64,000 bases of DNA from Myxococcales bacterium (GCA_047601445.1 JASGJH010000001.1:5408001-5472000), one strand, 5' to 3'; positions 48,889-59,284 are shown, counted from the first letter of the stretch. A program made the numbers and translations. Notes: generated by a model not told the origin, from the letters alone.

Positions 48889-51399
48889 ATGCGTTCGCGC
48901 TGGTGGCTGTGCTTGGTGTTGTGTGGAACTGCGTGTGGAGAACGCACCGTCGTCCTGGTGCCACAAGAGGGCGAGGTGGGCTGTGATGCCTGCGTGCCCG
49001 CTCAGGACTCGGGCACGAACCGGCCAGATTTCCCCGAATTCTTGAGCCAGGGCAGCTGGGCCTCGGACCAACCGGGTTGCACGCACGGGGGCAGCGTCTT
49101 GCAGTCGGGCTACGACCGCGACGGCGACAAGCTGCTCGACCCCGACGAGGTGATGGCGACGTCGAGCGTCTGTGCGGAGCTCACCCCATGCGTGGTCGAG
49201 GAGAGCGCGACCCAGGTGACCGTCACCTGCCCGAATCAACCGGCCGTGGTGGTGGATCGACCGGAACCCGGCATGCCCGGGGTGATGACTCAGGTGAAAC
49301 CGGCGGGTAACGAGTGCCCGAACGGAGGCTTCCGTGTCGAGACCGGACATGACGCCGACGGCGACCAAGCCCTGACCGGTGGAGAGGTCGAAGGCCTGAG
49401 CTGGGCATGCGCTCCCTATTGTGGCGACGGGACCACGGATCCCGGCCTGGGCGAGGGCTGCGACGACGGAAACTCCGACGACCAAGACGGCTGCGCCGCC
49501 TGCCACGTCATCCCCGACTGCGCCTGGCCCGACCCCGACGAGGGCTGCCCGGCCTTCGAGTTCGCGGTCACCTCGGCCGCGCCGATCTCCGGACCAACTC
49601 AAGGCGGAACGCAGATCACCCTATCCGGCGCTTTCCCCAGCGTGACCACGGCAGCCAACGTAGAGGTCGTACGCAGCGGCAGCACCACGCCCCTCACGGT
49701 GGTCGATGCCTCGAGCAGCCGCATCCGCTTCCTGACACCCGCGGGCAGCGGTCTCACCAACTTCCAGCTTCGCATCGCGGGCAAGCTCGTGGAGTTTCAG
49801 CGCTACGTGCAGAACTCGGACGGACGCACGGAGGTGGCGCTGGAGAACGAACTGGCCTTTGCCTACGACGCACCGGTGATCAACAAACTGACTGGCTGCG
49901 AGGACCATCCACCGGCGACCACCCACTGCCCCGACGCGGGCGGCACCACGATCACCATCGATGGCCACAACTTCGGCAGCCAGGCGAGCGACATCAGCGT
50001 GATGCTCTCGCAGGAGAACCTCGGCGACGTGCCCTGCACCCAGGTGGCGCTGGTCGAGCCGCACACCAAGATCTCGTGCACGCTGCCCGCCTACACTCGC
50101 TACGAGCCCAGCTTCGACGTGAAGGTCCAGGTGGCTTCGCGAACCAGCGAGCCCGCGCCCCTGCTCGCCTACGCGGGTATCGCGGTGGTGCCCGGTACGC
50201 TGCACCTCGAGGGTGCGGAGCCGACGAGTCCGCTACTGCTGTCCGACGTGACGGGCGTGTACGACCTGGTGTTCGACGTGAGCGGGCTCTCGAACGCACA
50301 GAGCGCGCTGGTGCGCGTGGGGTCGTTCCCCTGCACCGGAGTTGGCTTGGTGCATCATGACGGCTCGGACCTCACCACGGTGTCCTGCAGTGTGGGCCCG
50401 GCCGCGGGCGCCGACTTGCCCATCGTAGTGCGCGACGGCGATCGCTACTCCCCTCCGAGCGAGGATCGCATCAACTATCCCGCGCCCAAGATCATCGCGG
50501 GCACCATCCGCGGAGCGCTCGCGGACGACCTCGGTGAGACCAGCTTCAGCGCGCAGGCTTCGCAGGGCGACCGGGTGTTCTTCGATGTCGAGAACGTGTT
50601 CGACAAGGCGGTGACTCCCCCGCTGTTCAGCGCGCACGTGGGCCCCTACGCCTGCGATCGCTTCGTGATCCACGATGGCAGCCCGGCCACCGCCGAGTGC
50701 CAGCTTCCGCTCGGTTGGGGCGGCCCCTATCACATCACCGTGAGCTCGCGCGGTCAGGACAGCGAGCCTGGCACGGACAGCGTGAGCTTCCCCGACACGC
50801 CCACCATCGTGGCCCTCGCGGGCTGCCCAGGAGGCACCGCGTCCGCCACTGGCGGCTGCTCCACCGAGGGCGGCATGGAGCTCAGCGTTACCGTCGATCA
50901 CCTCGATTATCAGCCTGGCGATCCGCTGAGCGTGTGGCTCGGCAGTGCTCCGTGCAGTGAGCCGCGCGTCTCCTTGCCGCTGCCCAACAACGCGGTGCGC
51001 CGGCGCATCTACTGCACTGTGCCTCCCGGCCTCGGCAACGCCGCGGCGCGCGTGATCTGGGGCCTGAAGCAGTCACCTCCGGCGGCGCTCTTCGCCTATG
51101 GGTCACCGACCATCGACTCCCTGAGCGGCTGCACGGACCAGGGCGACACGACGCTGGCCTGCCCGCGCAACGGTGGCGTGAAGCTCACCATCCAGGGTGA
51201 GAACTTCGGCGCTTCGGGTGCCCAGGTGCGTATCGGCGAGCAGAACTGCCTGGGCGTCGCGCACGACGTACTCACACCGCACCGAAAGCTCACGTGCACA
51301 TTGCCGTCAGGGTCGGGCCAGAATGTGCCTGTCTGGGTCGTCAACGGCGGTAGCGGGGGCGAAGCGTTTTACATGAGCTACGCCCCAGCGGGCGGCTGA
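48889..51399 (+). CDS. Surface lipoprotein with a myxobacterial Cys-rich repeat and multiple IPT/TIG domains
   Basis: GTAC lipobox; two C.NGG/HGG...G.D.DGD..L...EV modules; CGDG...EGCDDGNSDDQDGC...C; TIG-type GPTQGGTQITLSG, GGTTITIDGHNFG, GGVKLTIQGENFG. Confidence 0.85.
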   Translation: MRSRWWLCLVLCGTACGERTVVLVPQEGEVGCDACVPAQDSGTNRPDFPEFLSQGSWASDQPGCTHGGSVLQSGYDRDGDKLLDPDEVMATSSVCAELTPCVVEESATQVTVTCPNQPAVVVDRPEPGMPGVMTQVKPAGNECPNGGFRVETGHDADGDQALTGGEVEGLSWACAPYCGDGTTDPGLGEGCDDGNSDDQDGCAACHVIPDCAWPDPDEGCPAFEFAVTSAAPISGPTQGGTQITLSGAFPSVTTAANVEVVRSGSTTPLTVVDASSSRIRFLTPAGSGLTNFQLRIAGKLVEFQRYVQNSDGRTEVALENELAFAYDAPVINKLTGCEDHPPATTHCPDAGGTTITIDGHNFGSQASDISVMLSQENLGDVPCTQVALVEPHTKISCTLPAYTRYEPSFDVKVQVASRTSEPAPLLAYAGIAVVPGTLHLEGAEPTSPLLLSDVTGVYDLVFDVSGLSNAQSALVRVGSFPCTGVGLVHHDGSDLTTVSCSVGPAAGADLPIVVRDGDRYSPPSEDRINYPAPKIIAGTIRGALADDLGETSFSAQASQGDRVFFDVENVFDKAVTPPLFSAHVGPYACDRFVIHDGSPATAECQLPLGWGGPYHITVSSRGQDSEPGTDSVSFPDTPTIVALAGCPGGTASATGGCSTEGGMELSVTVDHLDYQPGDPLSVWLGSAPCSEPRVSLPLPNNAVRRRIYCTVPPGLGNAAARVIWGLKQSPPAALFAYGSPTIDSLSGCTDQGDTTLACPRNGGVKLTIQGENFGASGAQVRIGEQNCLGVAHDVLTPHRKLTCTLPSGSGQNVPVWVVNGGSGGEAFYMSYAPAGG

Positions 51400-51538
51400 G
51401 AAGATCGCTGACAAACGTTCGCCGGTCGTGAGCGTGGTGGTGGACATCGACTTTACATCGACTTTGACGGGCGACGGCGTGCGTGGCCGCTCTTGCGGTT
51501 GACGCTCCGAACATTCGACGCTCACGCAGTCGACGAAC

Positions 51539-54500
51539 TCACGAGGAAGAGGCTAGTGCGCGCTCTACACAAGCCAGCAGCTGGGGCGTGTTGTACGGCT
51601 TCTGCAGAAACAACATCCCGGGCTCCTGGGACTGAAACCCTTGCGTGACGATGTCCTTGCTGTGACCACTCGTGAGGATGGTCTTGATCTGGGGTCGCTT
51701 GCTCCGAACGAGCTCGGCGACTTGAAGGCCACTCAGGCCGCCCGGCATCATGACGTCGGTGAGCAAGAGGTCGATGTCGCCGTCGTAGGTCGTCGCGGTC
51801 CGCACCGCCTCGACCCCATCCGCGGCTTGCAGAACCTCGTAGCCCTGGGATTCGAGACTCCTCGCAAGCACCGCACGCACTGCGCCCTCATCCTCGACCA
51901 CGAGTACGGTCCTGCCCTCACCGTGCGGAGCCGGCTCTCGAGCTGCGAGGCTCATGGTCTCGGCTGGAGCCTCGACGAGCGGCAGCAGGACCTTGAAGGT
52001 GGTGCCGCGTCCCAGCGTCGTGTCCACCGTCACCGAGCCACGATGCTGCTTGATGATCCCGTAGACCGTGGAGAGGCCGAGGCCGCTGCCCTGACCCACT
52101 TCCTTGGTGGTGAAAAACGGCTCGAAAACGTGCGGCAAGACGTCCGGCGCGATCCCCGAGCCGGAGTCTGAAAGCGAGAACATCGCCCATCGCCCGGCCG
52201 AGACATCCGCCACGGCAGCCGCCTCGCTATCGTCGAAGTGCGCCACCGAGGTCCGAATCTGCAGGCTGCCCCCGTGTGGCATGGCATCGCGGGCGTTGAC
52301 TGCGAGATTCAGCAGCACCTGCGTGAGCATGTTCGAATCGGCAAACACCACGATCGCCTCGGGGGTCGGATCGAAGCGCAGCGCAATGTCTTCCCCGAGG
52401 ATGGGCGTCAGCATGCGCAATGCCTCGAGAATGGTCTGATTGAGATCGACGTTCTGGGGCTGCATCATGCTGCGGCGTCCGAACGCGAGCAGCTGCGCCG
52501 TGAGTCCCGCCGCTCGCTCGGCCGCGCGCTCAATCTCGTGGACCGGCGCCGAGATCGACGGCGGGAGGTCCCGACGCGCCTCGAGCATGGATGCCTGCGC
52601 GAGCACGACCGTCAGAATGTTGTTGAAGTCGTGGGCGACGCCGCCTGCGAGTTGGCCGATCCCCTCGAGCTTCTGTGCTTGCCGCAGCTCCTCCTCCAGC
52701 TGCTTGTGGCGAGTCATGTCCACGACGGCCTTGGTCACGCGCAGCGGCTTGCCCGAGGCGTCGCGTTCGACACGCCCCTTGATCGAGACCCAGATCCAGT
52801 GGCCGGCCGCGTGGAGCACGCGCAGTTCGAGGTTGAGCTCCTCGCCGTGGAGCAAGAGGTCGGCCAGGACCTCGCGAACGAGAGCCCGGTCCTCGGGATG
52901 CACGATGTCCATGCACATGGCGAGGCCGCCCGCTTCCATCTCCTGCCGCGTCCGACCGAGGAGTTCGAGCAAGGGCTCATCCCAGAGCATGCGATCTTCC
53001 TCGATCTCCCAGACGCTCGTACCGATTCCGCCCGCGCGTAGCGCCGCATGCAAGCGTTCCTCGGACTCGCGCAGGGCCTCTTCGGCGCGCTTGAGCGGGT
53101 CGATGTCGGTGGCGGTGGCGACCGTGTAGAGCAGCTGACCGGAGCTGTCCCAGACAGGCACGGCGCGCGCGGTGACCCAGTGATACTCGCCGGTGCGATC
53201 GCGGATTCTGATCTCGTAAGTGGTCTCCCCTTCCTCACCCTTCAGGATGCGGTCCCACGCACCTCGGACTCGCTCAGCGTCCTCGGGATGCAGCGCCCTC
53301 GCCCACAGCGCAGGGGCCGTGAACGTTTGGTCGCCAGCCGAAGCGCCGGGTGAGAAGTAATCACGCCAGCGCTTGTTGGTGTAGATGTAGCGACCGTCCG
53401 GCGCGATTTGAGAGACGAGGTGTGGGATGGCATCGGCGAGGCTGCGCAGCTGCTCTTCGCTCTCGCGCAGGACGCGCTCCGCCTCCTTGCGGGGGGTGAT
53501 ATCCAGGGCGACCCCTTCCATCATGGGCGGAGTGGTATCGGTTCCCTCGTAGGCTCGTGCCCTGGACGACAGCCACGCGCAGGTCCCGTCGGGTCGTAGA
53601 CAGCGGAACTCGATCTCGTACTCACTGTGGTGATCGAGGGCGTACTGGACGGTCTCCCGAACCCGTTGTTGGTCGTCCGGATGGACGTGCGCCATGGCAC
53701 TCTCGAACGTCAACGGCGACTCGGCCGACAACCCGAACATCGCCCAGCACTCCGCGGACCCCTCGACCTGATTGGTTTGTAGGTTCCAGTGCCAGGTGGC
53801 GAGCTTCGCGCCACGGACTGCAAGGCGGAGGCGCTCCTCGCTGTGGCGAAGGCTCTCCTGGGTCCGTCTTTTCTCGGTCAGGGCCTCGGCGAAGATGACG
53901 ATGCCGCCTACTCCGCCGTCCGGCGTGTGCCAGGGATGAACCTCCCAGCGCAGCCATTCGACGCTTCCGTCGGCGCGCACGAAGGTGTCCTCCTCGGCGC
54001 GCTGGTGGTCCCCCGCGAGGCAGCGTTGGTGGACTTCCTTCCAGCGCTCCGGGAGCTCGGGAAAGACCTCGTAGTGGCTGCGACCCAGGATGGAGGGCGA
54101 CAAGCCATAGTGGCTGCGCCACTGTGCGCTGGCCGCCAAGTACCGCATGTCGGTGTCGAACATCGCGAGCGAGAGCGGGCAATGCTCGATGCAGGCGGCG
54201 ACCTGGCCTCGTTGTCGCGCCAGGGCTTCTTCGGCGGCTCGCTGGTCGGTCACGTCCTCATGGGAGCCCTCCCATCGGAGCAGGCGACCATGCTCGTCCC
54301 GCTCGGCCACCGCCAAGCACAGGATGTGGCGGTAGGAGTCGTCCTTGTGGCGAAGGCGGTACTCGAGCCGCAACAGCGCCGGCTCCTTGGCGAGCTTGGT
54401 CGCCGTGAACGCACTCCGCAGGCGTTCGAGATCCTCCGGATGCACGCGCTGGTGCCACGCCAGCAACCGGTTGGGAAACTCCTGCTCAGAAAAGCCCAGC

Positions 54501-54664
54501 TGGCGCTTCCAGGCCGCGTCGAAGAACGCGTGGTCGTTGCGGACGTCCCACTCCCAGAGTCCGACCCCTCTCGCCTCGATGGCCGCGCGGAACAATCGGA
54601 CTTGTGAGTCGACCCGTTCGGATCTGGTCCATTCCGGTCCTGAATGGCGATGCGCTCTGGGCAT
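51539..54664 (-). CDS. Hybrid multi-PAS sensor histidine kinase/response regulator
   Basis: About five PAS/PAC units; QAQKLEGIGQLAGGVAHDFNN, NLAVNARDAM, FEPFFTTK..GQGSGLGL; receiver VLVVEDE...LLTDVMMPGG. Start assigned to MPRAHR. Confidence 0.93.
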   Translation of the reverse strand: MPRAHRHSGPEWTRSERVDSQVRLFRAAIEARGVGLWEWDVRNDHAFFDAAWKRQLGFSEQEFPNRLLAWHQRVHPEDLERLRSAFTATKLAKEPALLRLEYRLRHKDDSYRHILCLAVAERDEHGRLLRWEGSHEDVTDQRAAEEALARQRGQVAACIEHCPLSLAMFDTDMRYLAASAQWRSHYGLSPSILGRSHYEVFPELPERWKEVHQRCLAGDHQRAEEDTFVRADGSVEWLRWEVHPWHTPDGGVGGIVIFAEALTEKRRTQESLRHSEERLRLAVRGAKLATWHWNLQTNQVEGSAECWAMFGLSAESPLTFESAMAHVHPDDQQRVRETVQYALDHHSEYEIEFRCLRPDGTCAWLSSRARAYEGTDTTPPMMEGVALDITPRKEAERVLRESEEQLRSLADAIPHLVSQIAPDGRYIYTNKRWRDYFSPGASAGDQTFTAPALWARALHPEDAERVRGAWDRILKGEEGETTYEIRIRDRTGEYHWVTARAVPVWDSSGQLLYTVATATDIDPLKRAEEALRESEERLHAALRAGGIGTSVWEIEEDRMLWDEPLLELLGRTRQEMEAGGLAMCMDIVHPEDRALVREVLADLLLHGEELNLELRVLHAAGHWIWVSIKGRVERDASGKPLRVTKAVVDMTRHKQLEEELRQAQKLEGIGQLAGGVAHDFNNILTVVLAQASMLEARRDLPPSISAPVHEIERAAERAAGLTAQLLAFGRRSMMQPQNVDLNQTILEALRMLTPILGEDIALRFDPTPEAIVVFADSNMLTQVLLNLAVNARDAMPHGGSLQIRTSVAHFDDSEAAAVADVSAGRWAMFSLSDSGSGIAPDVLPHVFEPFFTTKEVGQGSGLGLSTVYGIIKQHRGSVTVDTTLGRGTTFKVLLPLVEAPAETMSLAAREPAPHGEGRTVLVVEDEGAVRAVLARSLESQGYEVLQAADGVEAVRTATTYDGDIDLLLTDVMMPGGLSGLQVAELVRSKRPQIKTILTSGHSKDIVTQGFQSQEPGMLFLQKPYNTPQLLACVERALASSS

Positions 54665-54725
54665 GGCTTTCCCCCAAGTACGCACTCCTCGGCGTATGGC
54701 CTCATCATGAGCTACGCTCCCGCGC

Positions 54726-57062
54726 GTGACGTCGACGCAGCCGGGCAACGCCGAGAGCGCGGTTGGGGTGGGCGATGGCCGCGTGGGAGCGCTGCTCGGT
54801 CCCACCAACACGGGTAAGACCCATCGCGCCATCGAGCGCATGCTCGAGTTCGACACAGGCATGATGGGCCTGCCGCTGAGGCTGCTGGCGCGCGAGGTCT
54901 ACGACCGCGTGAGCGCGCGACTGGGCGAGCAGGCGGTGGCCTTGGTCACCGGCGAAGAAAAGCGCGTGCCGGCCAAGCCGCGTTACTGGATCTGCACCGC
55001 CGAGGCGATGCCCCGCGACTTGAGCGTGGATTTCCTGGCGCTCGACGAGGTGCAGCTGATCGCTCACCCAGAGCGCGGTCACGTATTCACCGATCGCGTG
55101 CTGCACTGGCGCGGTCGCGCCGAGACATGGTTCATGGGCTCCGACACCAGCGAGCGCCTGCTGCGCGGGTTCGTGCCGGGCCTGTTCGTCAACAAGCTGC
55201 CCCGGCTTTCCCAGCTCACGCACCTGGGCAAGAGCAGCTTGCGCACACTGCCCCGCCGCAGCGCAGTGGTGGCCTTCAACTTGCCACAGGTGTACGAGCT
55301 GGCCGATGCGCTGACTGCGCGCCGCGGTGGTGCCGCCGTGGTGCTCGGCGCGCTCTCGCCGCGGGTCCGCAACGCCCAGGTCGCGCTCTACCAGGCCGGC
55401 GAAGTCGACTTCCTGGTGGCCACCGATGCCATTGGCATGGGCCTGAACCTCGACATCGACCACGTGGCGCTGGCAGGACGCACCAAGTTCGACGGCTTCG
55501 AGACCCGCCCGCTGGAGGACGCCGAGCTGGCGCAAATCATCGGGCGGGCCGGCCGCTACTTGCGGGACGGAACGTTCGGCACGCTGGCGCCCGAACCAGA
55601 GCTGCCGCCGGGTTTGGTGAAGCGCCTCGAGTCCCACCACTTCCCTTCCCAGCGTTTCGCCTATCATCGCAACGCCGACTGGGACTTCAGCAGCACCCAG
55701 GCCCTGCTCGTGAGCCTGGCCCTCAAGCCCTCGCAACCGCACCTGGTATCCGCTCCAGACGGCGACGACGTGCTCGTGCTGCGTGTGCTCGCCAAACGAC
55801 CCGAGGTGATGCAGCGCACCCGCACGCGCCGCGGTGTGCAGCTCCTGTGGGACATCTGTCGCATTCCCAACTACGAAAAGCGCATCCCCGAGCACCAGGC
55901 GGAGCGCCTGCTGCCGCTGTTCGTTCAGCTCGCCGATCACGACGAGCTCACGGCCGAGAGCGTGGACCGCGAACTCACGCGGCTGGCACGCTTCGACGGC
56001 GACATCCACCAGCTGATGGATCGCCTGTCCGGCGTGCGCACCTGGAACTACGTGAGCCATCAGGCCGGCTGGGTCGAGGAGGCCCGCGACTTGCGTGAAC
56101 GCACGCGCGAGCTCGAGGACAAGCTGGGCGACCTCTTGCACCAGCGCTTGCGCGAGCGCTTCGTGGGCAAGACCAAGCGTCACCCGCCGCCCCGCGCAGC
56201 CGGCAAGGAGAGCAGCGTAGCCGGGCCCCACAGCCCCTTCGCCAAGCTGATGGACCTGCCTATGTACGCGGCCCAGGGCGACGCCGAACACGACGAGCAG
56301 CGCTGGGTCGAGGAGCTCATCGAGGCGCCGTTCGAGGCCATTCGGATCGACGCCAAGGGGGAGCTCGGGTTCGAGGGTCATCGCATCGCCAAGCTCGAGA
56401 CGGGACCCACGCGCCTGCGTCCCGAGCTCAAGCTGCTCTTGCCGGACTGGGTCAGCGCAGGCACCCGTGCGCGGGTCACACGCCGCCTGGTGGCCCACGT
56501 GCGCGACAGCGTGAGCTTTCTGTTGGAGCCGCTGGCGCTCGACGACTCGGCGAGCCCGGCCTTACGCGGCCTCTTCTACCAACTCGAGCAGGGACTCGGC
56601 AGCGTGCCGGTGGCGAGCGCGCGCGAGCAACTGCGCGTGCTCTCTGCACGAGAGTTCGAGGGCCTGCGTGAGCGCGGTGTGAGCGTGGGCCGCTTCAGCG
56701 TGTTCTCGCTGCCCATGCTGGAGCCGACCCGCCTCGCTCTGCGCTGCGCGCTGGTCACGGCCTCCTTGTTTCGCGACGTGCGCGCCAGCGTGGCCCTGGC
56801 CAGCGAGCACGTGGTCGCCGACCGCATCGACCAGCTCGGCCGCGAGCACTGGTTTGCCCTGGGATTCGTGCAGCTCTCGAGCGTGGCCGTACGCTGTGAC
56901 GCGGTCGAAGAGCTCTCGCTCCGGCTGTCACCGCTCTCGCTGGAGGAGCGCGTGAAGGAGATTCAGTTCGTGCTCAGCTGCAAGCCGGAGCGCGCGCAAG
57001 CCCTGGCTCAGGAGCTCTTTCGCACCCGCAAGCGACGCAAGCGCAAGTCGGTCCCGCGGTAG
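54726..57062 (+). CDS. SF2 helicase, Suv3/MgpS-like
   Basis: LGPTNTGKTH, PLRLLAREVY, LDEVQL, VATDAIGMGLNLDI, QIIGRAGR. Confidence 0.9.
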   Translation: MTSTQPGNAESAVGVGDGRVGALLGPTNTGKTHRAIERMLEFDTGMMGLPLRLLAREVYDRVSARLGEQAVALVTGEEKRVPAKPRYWICTAEAMPRDLSVDFLALDEVQLIAHPERGHVFTDRVLHWRGRAETWFMGSDTSERLLRGFVPGLFVNKLPRLSQLTHLGKSSLRTLPRRSAVVAFNLPQVYELADALTARRGGAAVVLGALSPRVRNAQVALYQAGEVDFLVATDAIGMGLNLDIDHVALAGRTKFDGFETRPLEDAELAQIIGRAGRYLRDGTFGTLAPEPELPPGLVKRLESHHFPSQRFAYHRNADWDFSSTQALLVSLALKPSQPHLVSAPDGDDVLVLRVLAKRPEVMQRTRTRRGVQLLWDICRIPNYEKRIPEHQAERLLPLFVQLADHDELTAESVDRELTRLARFDGDIHQLMDRLSGVRTWNYVSHQAGWVEEARDLRERTRELEDKLGDLLHQRLRERFVGKTKRHPPPRAAGKESSVAGPHSPFAKLMDLPMYAAQGDAEHDEQRWVEELIEAPFEAIRIDAKGELGFEGHRIAKLETGPTRLRPELKLLLPDWVSAGTRARVTRRLVAHVRDSVSFLLEPLALDDSASPALRGLFYQLEQGLGSVPVASAREQLRVLSAREFEGLRERGVSVGRFSVFSLPMLEPTRLALRCALVTASLFRDVRASVALASEHVVADRIDQLGREHWFALGFVQLSSVAVRCDAVEELSLRLSPLSLEERVKEIQFVLSCKPERAQALAQELFRTRKRRKRKSVPR

Positions 57063-58126
57063 CGCCGCCGCGCGACGAAGGCGAGCAACGTGAATCCCCA
57101 CGCCCAGCTGATTCCGCCACCCGTGCGCCCAGGCCGCAGCGTGCAGTCGTCGAAGCAGCTGTCAGGCGCGGGGGCGGCATGATAGGGCTTCTCGTAGTAG
57201 GCGCGCTCGAGACACACCACGTTCGACGCCACGCTCTCGTTCCCCGCGCGGTCGCGCACCACCACGACGGCCGGCATCTTCTCCCCCGGCAAGAGCCCTG
57301 CCGCGGCCAAGTCTACGCTCAAGGTGGTGTCCTGCGTTTCGAACACTGGCAACGAGGACGCGCCGCCCGGCAAGGGTTGCCCCTCATTCAGATAGGACGA
57401 CCCACAGGGCCCGGGATTGGCTAGCCGCACGTCATTGGGGTTGAGATACACCACGAAGTGATGCTCTGAATCCGGCAAGGTCCCTTGCCAGCTCAGCTGG
57501 CCGGTGATTTGCCCGCTCGTCGCGGTCAGACCGGCAGCCGGAGCCGGAGCATCCACATCAACATCGAAGTGAAAGATGCGCGGTTCGCCGAGGCCCGTGT
57601 CGGGCACGCTCCCGATCTCGTTGGGAGTGTCGTTGACGAGCGGCACCACGTACAGGTCCCAGCGCCCGCGGCGATCGCATGCCTGCTGGCCTGGTGAGGC
57701 GAAGAGCTCCGAGGCATGCAGCGTGAATACCTCGCGCACGACGTCGATGTTGCGCTGCGTCCGAGCGATCTTCGTGCAAAGTGTGCCCGTGCTCGTCATC
57801 GCGCGCGCGTCCGGTGTCCAGCAGTCTTGGCCGGGTTGTCCGAGCCAGAGCTCCATGAGCTGCGCGTCGATGGCTGCAGACGTGCGGAGGTAGTTGAAGG
57901 CGAACTTGATCTTGGTGCTATCGGCACCGTCGTCCACTGCCCCCTCGCACTGGAGCTTGCTGATGGTGAGCGGCAGGAGGCTCGGCATCTGCTGCTCTCC
58001 CCCGATGCTCACCTCGACGTTAAGGAGAGGAAAGGAGTAATCCGAAGCCTTCTGGGCCGCCGCGGTAATCGGCACCAGCCACACGCAGACCAGACTACTC
58101 ACGATCGACGCTACGTACTCTCGCAT
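57008..58126 (-). CDS. Secreted protein with an FN3-like region and MYXO-CTERM-like C-terminal anchor
   Basis: Signal MREYVASIVSSLVCVWLVPITAAA; DVDAPAP...LSW...VVVRDRAGNES; tail CTLRPGRTGGGISWAWGFTLLAFVARRR. Confidence 0.7.
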   Translation of the reverse strand: MREYVASIVSSLVCVWLVPITAAAQKASDYSFPLLNVEVSIGGEQQMPSLLPLTISKLQCEGAVDDGADSTKIKFAFNYLRTSAAIDAQLMELWLGQPGQDCWTPDARAMTSTGTLCTKIARTQRNIDVVREVFTLHASELFASPGQQACDRRGRWDLYVVPLVNDTPNEIGSVPDTGLGEPRIFHFDVDVDAPAPAAGLTATSGQITGQLSWQGTLPDSEHHFVVYLNPNDVRLANPGPCGSSYLNEGQPLPGGASSLPVFETQDTTLSVDLAAAGLLPGEKMPAVVVVRDRAGNESVASNVVCLERAYYEKPYHAAPAPDSCFDDCTLRPGRTGGGISWAWGFTLLAFVARRRYRGTDLRLRRLRVRKSS

Positions 58127-58225
58127 GCCCCTCGACTCGTACCCGCGCTGCGACGCAGGCGGTGTACTCGCCTGGCGGCGACGCGTCCATGGGCCAGCCC
58201 CTTCAAACACCCCGAGCACCAGCCC

Positions 58226-59284
58226 CTAAGGTCCCGAACATGCGGCTGGCACGGCCTCCCGGAACAGATCGGTGTTGGCTGCGGCCAGCGCCAGCGCGTC
58301 GCAGGTCCATGACGCGGCGGACGGTGCACGGACCCACTCTGCGACGCTGTATTCGGGCGCACAGGCCGGTGGCGCGCCGATGGCGCAGTTCGGGCCCATC
58401 GGATCGCAGCCGAGCACGCTATTCTGGCGCACCGAGCTGAAGCGGCCCAGCAGCACGTCGTGGCTCGCGGCCTTGAAGTGGATATCGAGGTAGTGGTCGC
58501 GGGCGCGCTGCACGAGGTGCATGGCCACCTTGTCGAACCCCTGCACCTGCGCATAGATGGTGAAGCCCGGTGCGCCATCGTGGTCGTCGTCGTTGATTCG
58601 GCAGTCGCTCGCGCTCCCCGCTGCGGGCAGCGCGCTGAGATCGCTCGGACACGTGCAGGGCGCGTTGTTGAGCCAGGGCTTCTCGGCGGTGGTAGTGGGC
58701 AGCGTCTGGCCGGAGGAACAGCCTGCGGGCTGCATGAGGGAGTAACCGAGTCCCACCACGGGTTGGTCCGAATCGAACGTCCGACTCTGCGCGTCGAATT
58801 GCAGCTCGAAGCGATTGGGTGGCGTCTGACTCGCCTCGAACTCTGTGGTCGCCGGGATGGTGGCGAACAGCGACTGACCGAAGTAGTGGCACGGTTGCTC
58901 CCGCATCACGAGCACGCCGCCTTCGGAGCTGAACTCCACCAAGCTCAAGCCGGTGGTCAAGGGCTTGGCCGCCGGGTCGTCGGCCCGGAAGAAGAGCCGC
59001 ATGTAGTAGCGCCCGAGCATGCGCTGCGTGAGCTGCTCGGGCGTCTCCACGTTGCCAGCATCCGTATCGCCCAGTGGGTCGGTGTGTTGGCTGCTCGCGT
59101 CGTCCGAGGCACCCGAGTCACGGGGCGGCTCCGCTGCGGCGTCGGCGTGCGAGCCATCTGGCTGGCTCCCCGCGTCGAGATCACGGAACTGCGGATCGGT
59201 GCAGCTCGCGCACACCAAGCCAGCAGCGAGGCAGCCCCCTGCGCGCAGCCAGTCCCTGCGGCCCCCACGAAACCTGAGCATCAC
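58226..59284 (-). CDS. Hypothetical Cys-containing lipoprotein
   Basis: VCASC lipobox, acidic low-complexity linker, DDDHDGAPG motif. Confidence 0.7.
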   Translation of the reverse strand: MMLRFRGGRRDWLRAGGCLAAGLVCASCTDPQFRDLDAGSQPDGSHADAAAEPPRDSGASDDASSQHTDPLGDTDAGNVETPEQLTQRMLGRYYMRLFFRADDPAAKPLTTGLSLVEFSSEGGVLVMREQPCHYFGQSLFATIPATTEFEASQTPPNRFELQFDAQSRTFDSDQPVVGLGYSLMQPAGCSSGQTLPTTTAEKPWLNNAPCTCPSDLSALPAAGSASDCRINDDDHDGAPGFTIYAQVQGFDKVAMHLVQRARDHYLDIHFKAASHDVLLGRFSSVRQNSVLGCDPMGPNCAIGAPPACAPEYSVAEWVRAPSAASWTCDALALAAANTDLFREAVPAACSGP

